64,000 nucleotides of DNA from a virus (lineage: Duplodnaviria; Caudoviricetes), in IMG/VR virus record IMGVR_UViG_3300022074_005559; one strand, written 5' to 3'. This document shows positions 58,464-64,000 of this stretch, one piece after another; position 1 is the first letter of the stretch; each line of letters starts with the position of its first letter. Position numbers and translations under genes: made by a program. Below the pieces are notes generated by a model. The model had not been told where the DNA came from. It worked only from the letters and a program-made list of their open reading frames with translations, and did not search any database.

Positions 58464-60926
58464 ATGGCTATTACACGAATTAAAACTAACCAGATTACTG
58501 ATCTGGCGGTAACTACGGCTAAACTTGCTGCAAACGCAGTTACAGCAGCAAAGTTGGAGAACAATCTTACCTACGGCAGTGACCTTACTGTCTCAGGTAA
58601 CTTAACAGTTTCAGGTACAACAACAAGTGTTAGTACCACAAATACAAGAGTTGAAGACGCTATCATTGCACTTGCCGCTGAAACCAGTGGCACGCCAAGC
58701 AATGACGCAGGTCTCCTTATCAACCGTGGGTCAAGCGACAACCAAGCATTCCTTTGGGACGAAAGTGCAGATGAGTTTGTCATGGCTAACGTTACATCAG
58801 AGGATGGTGATACAGCAGGTAACGTAACAATCGGCAGTTACGCAACTTTACAAATAGGCAACCTAACAGCCGTAGCACCAACATTTAGTGGTGCAGTAAA
58901 CATTGATAATACAACAGCATCAACAAGTGTATCAACAGGTTCACTTATTGTTGACGGTGGTGCAGGTGTTGCAGGTGCGCTGTTTGTTGGTGGAACATTT
59001 GATGTTGCATCAGGTCAAACAGTTGACTTTAACACAAACGCACTAACAAATGTTGCAGATCCAAGTGGTGCACAAGATGCAGCAACTAAAGCATATGTTG
59101 ACAGTGAAGTATCAAGTGGTTCAACACTGGCTATTGCTGGTGATAGTGGCACAGACAACGTTATTGTTGGTACTAACACATTTACTTTTAGTGGTACTGC
59201 TAATGAGATTGTTACAGCGGTAACAGACAACACAGTAACTATTAGTTTGCCGGATGATGTAACAATCGGCGGTGATGCAGTGGTTACAGGTAACTTGACA
59301 GTTAACGGTACTACAACTACTATCTCTACAACAAACAGTGTGGTTAGTGATAACTTGATCGAACTTAACAACGGTGCAAGTTCAAATGCTAATGACAGTG
59401 GTATTGTTATTGAGCGTGGTTCAACAGGTGACAATGCAATCTTTGCGTGGGACGAAAGCGCAGATACATTTATTGTTGGTACAACAACAGCAACAGGTGC
59501 TAGCACAGGCGATCTTACAATCACAGCAGGTGCTTTCCAAGCAGGCGCAGCTACACTTGACAGTGCATCAATTGGCGGCGGCTATGGTTCAACAGGTGCT
59601 ACAATCAGTAGTGCAGGTGTTGGTCAATTCAACGGCGCAGTTACAGTTGACGGACTAACAAGTGCAGATGGCGGTATAGATGTAAACGGTGCAAACTTTG
59701 CAGTTTCAACAGCAGGTATTGTAACAACTGTAGAAGATATCCGTATTACAGCAGACAGCAAGCAACTTGAGATTGGTGCAGGTACAGACTTTACTATTGG
59801 GCACGATGGTACAGATACAACTATAACTAACAGTACAGGTATTCTTAAGATTGATGGTGCAGCTTCAAGTTCAATCCGTGTTAACGAAGCAGGCGCAGAC
59901 GTAGACTTTATCATTGAAGGCGACAGTGCTACATCATTGTTTGTAGTAGATGCAGGCAACGACAACGTTGGTATTGGTGGAGCAGCAAACGCAAACGCAA
60001 TCTTCCATGTTAACGACACAGGTGCAATGATTCTTGCTGCAGGTACAACTGCACAGCGTCCAGGTACAGCAGTTACTGGTATGTTCCGTTATAACACAAC
60101 CACTAACCAGTTAGAGTATTATGATAACGATAGTTGGGAATCACTAAGTACAGCGTTTACACTAGCAACATCACAAACATTTAACGGTGACGACAGTACA
60201 ACAGACTTTAGTTTGTCATCACTTAGTGGATCTGATAGCTACACTGTTGCTGGTATACTTGTTATGCTAAACGGTGTGGTACAAGAACCAACAACTGTAT
60301 ATGGCTTGAGTGGTAACACACTACAGTTTACAACAGCACCTGCAACAGGTGATTTGATTGAAGTTCGTAAGTTTACAACAACAACTACAGTTACAGCAGT
60401 AAGTGATGCAGACGGTGACACACTAGTACAAGTTGAAGAGTCAAGTGATGAAGATATTATCCGCTTTGATGTAGGCGGCTCGCAGATTGCAAGAATTGAA
60501 AGTACAGGCATTATCCTAGATAGTGGTAAAACTTTCCAAGGTACAGCAACAGCAGCACAATACGCTGACTTGGCTGAAATGTATGCCACTGACACAGATA
60601 TTGAAGCAGGCACAGTTGTACACTTTGTTGGTGAAGGTAAACTTGCAGCATGTGATACAGAAAACTGTCGTGCAGTAGCAGGTATTGTATCAACAGATCC
60701 AGCATACTTAATGAACAGTATGCAAGAAGGTGCAGCACTTGCACTAGCAGGTCGTGTACCATGTAAAGTAACTGGTGCAGTGGCGGCAGGTGACTTGATG
60801 GTCTCAGCAGGCAACGGTATGGCAATGGCTAATAACGAAGCAGCAATGGGTACTGTGATTGGTAAAGCGATTGAAGCAAACGCAGATGGCGAAGGCGTCA
60901 TAGAAGTTCTAGCACTAATGATGTAA
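58464..60926 (+). CDS. Tail-fibre-like protein with two ERG/DES modules and C-terminal chaperone-like domain
   Basis: MAITRIKTNQI start, DAATKAYVD, AQYADLAE domain; GGAG SD. Confidence 0.75.
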   Translation: MAITRIKTNQITDLAVTTAKLAANAVTAAKLENNLTYGSDLTVSGNLTVSGTTTSVSTTNTRVEDAIIALAAETSGTPSNDAGLLINRGSSDNQAFLWDESADEFVMANVTSEDGDTAGNVTIGSYATLQIGNLTAVAPTFSGAVNIDNTTASTSVSTGSLIVDGGAGVAGALFVGGTFDVASGQTVDFNTNALTNVADPSGAQDAATKAYVDSEVSSGSTLAIAGDSGTDNVIVGTNTFTFSGTANEIVTAVTDNTVTISLPDDVTIGGDAVVTGNLTVNGTTTTISTTNSVVSDNLIELNNGASSNANDSGIVIERGSTGDNAIFAWDESADTFIVGTTTATGASTGDLTITAGAFQAGAATLDSASIGGGYGSTGATISSAGVGQFNGAVTVDGLTSADGGIDVNGANFAVSTAGIVTTVEDIRITADSKQLEIGAGTDFTIGHDGTDTTITNSTGILKIDGAASSSIRVNEAGADVDFIIEGDSATSLFVVDAGNDNVGIGGAANANAIFHVNDTGAMILAAGTTAQRPGTAVTGMFRYNTTTNQLEYYDNDSWESLSTAFTLATSQTFNGDDSTTDFSLSSLSGSDSYTVAGILVMLNGVVQEPTTVYGLSGNTLQFTTAPATGDLIEVRKFTTTTTVTAVSDADGDTLVQVEESSDEDIIRFDVGGSQIARIESTGIILDSGKTFQGTATAAQYADLAEMYATDTDIEAGTVVHFVGEGKLAACDTENCRAVAGIVSTDPAYLMNSMQEGAALALAGRVPCKVTGAVAAGDLMVSAGNGMAMANNEAAMGTVIGKAIEANADGEGVIEVLALMM

Positions 60927-60945
60927 TCAACAACGCATATAAAAG

Positions 60946-60971
60946 ATAGCACCTTAGGGTGCTATTTTTTT
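60946..60971 (+). terminator. Intrinsic terminator
   Basis: ATAGCACC-TTAG-GGTGCTAT followed by T run. Confidence 0.9.
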
Positions 60972-61016
60972 GAGTGATGTGGTAGATAAATACACATACT
61001 ATAAAGGATTACACGA

Positions 61017-62660
61017 ATGGCATTTACAAGACCAAAAGCCTCCCAGATTAACTTTGATGTAACCAATATTTCTGATACACTTATACGCTTAAATAGTGGT
61101 CAGACAGGAAGTGCAGACAAAGACGTTGGACTGGTTATTGAACGTGGCAGTGATACAAATGCTGCTTTTTTGTATGACGAAAGTGCAGACCAGTTTGTAT
61201 TAGTAAATACCACAGAAGATGGAACCACAAGCGGTAATGTAACTATAGCAAGTTATGCTGGGCTACGGACAAATGCTATTGTATATGGCAGTCTTAATGA
61301 TGGGACTACAACACTAACATCAACAGTTGCAGAACTAAATAACCTAGATGGTGTCACAGGCATTTCACTGGGCAGTGCTAATGAACTGGTTATTGTTGAT
61401 AGCGATGGTACAGGCTTCACAAGTAGTAGCACACTAAGCATTGATACCGGCAACAACTATATTGGTATAAATCAAAGTTCACCCGAAGTAACACTGCATA
61501 TGACAGGCGATGGTGCACAGACTGCACAGATTCGCATGGAGCAACACAACGATACAGCAGATGCTCCAGATGTAAGAACACGCAGAAGTAGAGGCACAGC
61601 CGCAAGTCCAAGTAACCTCAATGCAGGCGATTATCTGTTTCGAATCAATGCAGAAGCATACGAAAGTGGAACTTATAACACAAAAGGCAGTATTCAACTT
61701 GACACAAGTTCAGCTGATGTCAGCAAAGGTGTAATACAGTTTCAAACACACGACGGAACAAGCCTAGCAACTAGATTACAAATACTAGACAGTGGTGCTG
61801 TTAGATTTAACAGTGCTTATACATTCCCAACAGCAGATGGCAGTGCAAACCAAATATTAACCACTAATGGTAGTGGAGTATTGAGTTTTGCAAGTCCTGC
61901 TAGTAGTAGTTTTACACTTGCTGCTGATAGCGGTACAAGTGATTCATTCAGTACTGGCGGAACATTAACTTTTGATGGCGGCACAGGTATTGATACAACT
62001 GTAAGCAATGATCAAATAAGCATTGCTATCGACAGCACAGTCGCTACACTTACCGGCAGTCAGACACTAACAAACAAAACACTAACAAGTCCAAATATAA
62101 ACGAGGCGGTTGCATTAACTAGTACTGCAACTGAACTAAATCTACTGGATGGCGCAAGTGCTGGTACAGTAACAGCAAGCAAGGCTGTTATCTATGACAG
62201 CGATGGCGGCATTGTTGCAGGCGGCGATATTAATCTTAACGATGCAGATGATCAAATAATTCACGGTGATGCAAGTTATAAACAAAAGCAATATGTGCTA
62301 TACGGCACAACTACAAATGGATCAGAAACAGAAATCTTTATTGGCGGCACTAGTAACAGTCGCATACCAGTAGCAACAGACACAACAGTATTTTACGAGT
62401 GTGACATTGCAGCAAGACGCACAGATGCAACAGGTGAAAGTGGTGGCTGGCACTTAAAAGCAGTTGTTGATAACTTCAGCGGCACTGTTGCTGACGTAGG
62501 CAACGTGTATGAAGTTCAAGTTGCATCTGATGATGAAAACTTTGAAGTGGATGTAGCGGCTGACAATTCAAACAATGCAATAGCAGTAAAAGTTACAGGT
62601 GCAGGCGGTAAGACAATTCGTTGGGTAGCAATAGTGAGAACATTTGAGGTAACAGAATAA
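61017..62660 (+). CDS. Tail-fibre-like protein, 547 aa
   Basis: ERG/DES module, IGIN..SP...LH fibre motif, DGSANQILTT.GSG.LSF; ATAAATA at 60986-60992. Confidence 0.7.
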   Translation: MAFTRPKASQINFDVTNISDTLIRLNSGQTGSADKDVGLVIERGSDTNAAFLYDESADQFVLVNTTEDGTTSGNVTIASYAGLRTNAIVYGSLNDGTTTLTSTVAELNNLDGVTGISLGSANELVIVDSDGTGFTSSSTLSIDTGNNYIGINQSSPEVTLHMTGDGAQTAQIRMEQHNDTADAPDVRTRRSRGTAASPSNLNAGDYLFRINAEAYESGTYNTKGSIQLDTSSADVSKGVIQFQTHDGTSLATRLQILDSGAVRFNSAYTFPTADGSANQILTTNGSGVLSFASPASSSFTLAADSGTSDSFSTGGTLTFDGGTGIDTTVSNDQISIAIDSTVATLTGSQTLTNKTLTSPNINEAVALTSTATELNLLDGASAGTVTASKAVIYDSDGGIVAGGDINLNDADDQIIHGDASYKQKQYVLYGTTTNGSETEIFIGGTSNSRIPVATDTTVFYECDIAARRTDATGESGGWHLKAVVDNFSGTVADVGNVYEVQVASDDENFEVDVAADNSNNAIAVKVTGAGGKTIRWVAIVRTFEVTE

Positions 62661-64000
62661 TGGCAAGACGCGAACGAAGTTTCTTTTTTAACAACAAAAC
62701 TGGTGCACTAAAATCCAAAGGTAAAACCATTATCGCTGCCACAGCAGATAATGTGCTTGAACTACGTGGCGGCAATAGTGGGCAACAAGTTGGTCTTATT
62801 GCTGTAGGAGATGATAACAATATTGATATTGCGATCACGCCCAAGGGCAACGGTGAAGTTAATATTGCAGCAGGAAACCTAAACTACGCCGGAACTGCAA
62901 TAACTGCTACAGGTGCAGAACTTAACTTTGTAGATGGTGTAACTAGTAATATTCAAACACAGTTAGATGCTAAAACAAATAACACTGGCACAGTGACCAG
63001 TGTTGCTGGCACTGGCACAGTAAACGGACTTACACTTAGTGGCACAGTAACTAGCAGTGGAAGTTTAACTCTTGGTGGTACATTAAGTATAACTGAAAGT
63101 CAAATCAGCGATTTAGGTACTTACTTAACTGCAAGTGATATTACTGGGAAACTAAATCTAAGCGGTGGAACCATGTCTGGTGCTATTGCGATGGGCACTA
63201 ATAAGATTACTGGAATGGGCGATCCTACTTCAGCACAAGATGCCGCAACTAAGGCATATGTAGACAGTAATGTTAGTAGTGCTGCAAACGATGCTACTAT
63301 TACAATCACTGCAAGCACTGGTCTTAGCGGTAGTGCATCCTTTACTACAGACCAAAGTTCAGACGAGACTATTACACTAGCTATAGACAGTACAGTCGCA
63401 ACACTTACTGGTGCACAAACACTTACAAATAAAACACTGACAAGTCCAACTATTGAAACAATAAACAGTGATCTTACTGTAACAGGTAACTTAACAGTAA
63501 GTGGAACAACAACTACAATATCAACAACAAATAGTACAGTAGCAGACAGTCTTATTGAACTAAACACTGGCGCAAGCAGTAACGCAAATGACTTGGGTAT
63601 TGTTATGGAACGTGGTAGCACTGGTGACAATGCTATCTTTATATGGGATGAAAGTGCTGATAAGTTTGTAGTAGGCACTACAACTGCAACTGGAGCAAGT
63701 ACAGGCAACTTATCTGTTACCACAGGCACTCTTGTTGCAAATATTGAAGGTAATGTAACAGGTAACGTAACAGGCGATGTAACTGGTAATGCTGACACTG
63801 CAACTGCTCTTGCAACAGCAAGAAACATTGCTGGTCAAAGTTTTGACGGCTCCTCGGCTATTACTATTGCAAGCACAGATTTAAGCGATACAAGTTCTAT
63901 CACACTTAATGCTGCAACGCAAACTTTAACAAATAAAACTTTGGGTGCTACTACTATTGCAGGGCATATTGTTCCTGATACTGATGATGCATACGATTTA
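62660..64000 (+). CDS. Fibre-like structural protein, truncated at window end (MARRERSFFFNNK...)
   Basis: TAATG coupling; frame reads through to ...GHIVPDTDDAYDL at 64000; DAATKAYVD and ERG/DES module. Confidence 0.8.
   Translation, partial: MARRERSFFFNNKTGALKSKGKTIIAATADNVLELRGGNSGQQVGLIAVGDDNNIDIAITPKGNGEVNIAAGNLNYAGTAITATGAELNFVDGVTSNIQTQLDAKTNNTGTVTSVAGTGTVNGLTLSGTVTSSGSLTLGGTLSITESQISDLGTYLTASDITGKLNLSGGTMSGAIAMGTNKITGMGDPTSAQDAATKAYVDSNVSSAANDATITITASTGLSGSASFTTDQSSDETITLAIDSTVATLTGAQTLTNKTLTSPTIETINSDLTVTGNLTVSGTTTTISTTNSTVADSLIELNTGASSNANDLGIVMERGSTGDNAIFIWDESADKFVVGTTTATGASTGNLSVTTGTLVANIEGNVTGNVTGDVTGNADTATALATARNIAGQSFDGSSAITIASTDLSDTSSITLNAATQTLTNKTLGATTIAGHIVPDTDDAYDL

Noticed and set aside
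44017-64000. Diversity-generating retroelement behind fibre repeats
   Set aside because: No reverse transcriptase; differences between copies are not adenine-specific
1-64000. Stop-codon reassignment as in some large phages
   Set aside because: Core genes are intact in code 11 and TAG/TGA end genes normally (39341, 48047, 48690, 35806)

Overview
Morphogenesis-rich segment of a large, AT-rich, T4-related (myovirus) phage genome in the standard genetic code. 1-31503 is a minus-strand baseplate/fibre block: tube initiator, gp53, hub, gp5-like, gp25, gp6, a 4410-aa wedge protein, fibre-like genes and two glycosyltransferase-like genes. 31583-38731 is a plus-strand block: gp55-like late sigma factor, methyltransferase, gp47/gp46, radical SAM, small basic protein, 2OG-Fe(II)-like and SGNH-like enzymes, and a GIY-YIG endonuclease. 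A ~390-nt non-coding, highly base-paired region follows, then a minus-strand gp26/gp51-like pair. From 40326 the plus strand carries tape-measure-like, portal, an inserted fibre + S8 protease pair, prohead core/protease/scaffold, major capsid protein and a run of fibre-like genes. No tRNA, CRISPR array, integrase, transposase or reverse transcriptase was recognised. The best leads are (1) a candidate large structured ncRNA directly behind the GIY-YIG gene, (2) a T-TTT-TTC -1 frameshift site that would fuse the gp26-like and gp51-like frames, as in tail-assembly chaperones, and (3) layered intergenic regulation: overlapping sigma70/late promoters, SD-occluding hairpins around late promoters, leaderless starts and a candidate anti-SD sRNA. 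All product calls are from motif recognition by eye; no database search or folding program was run.
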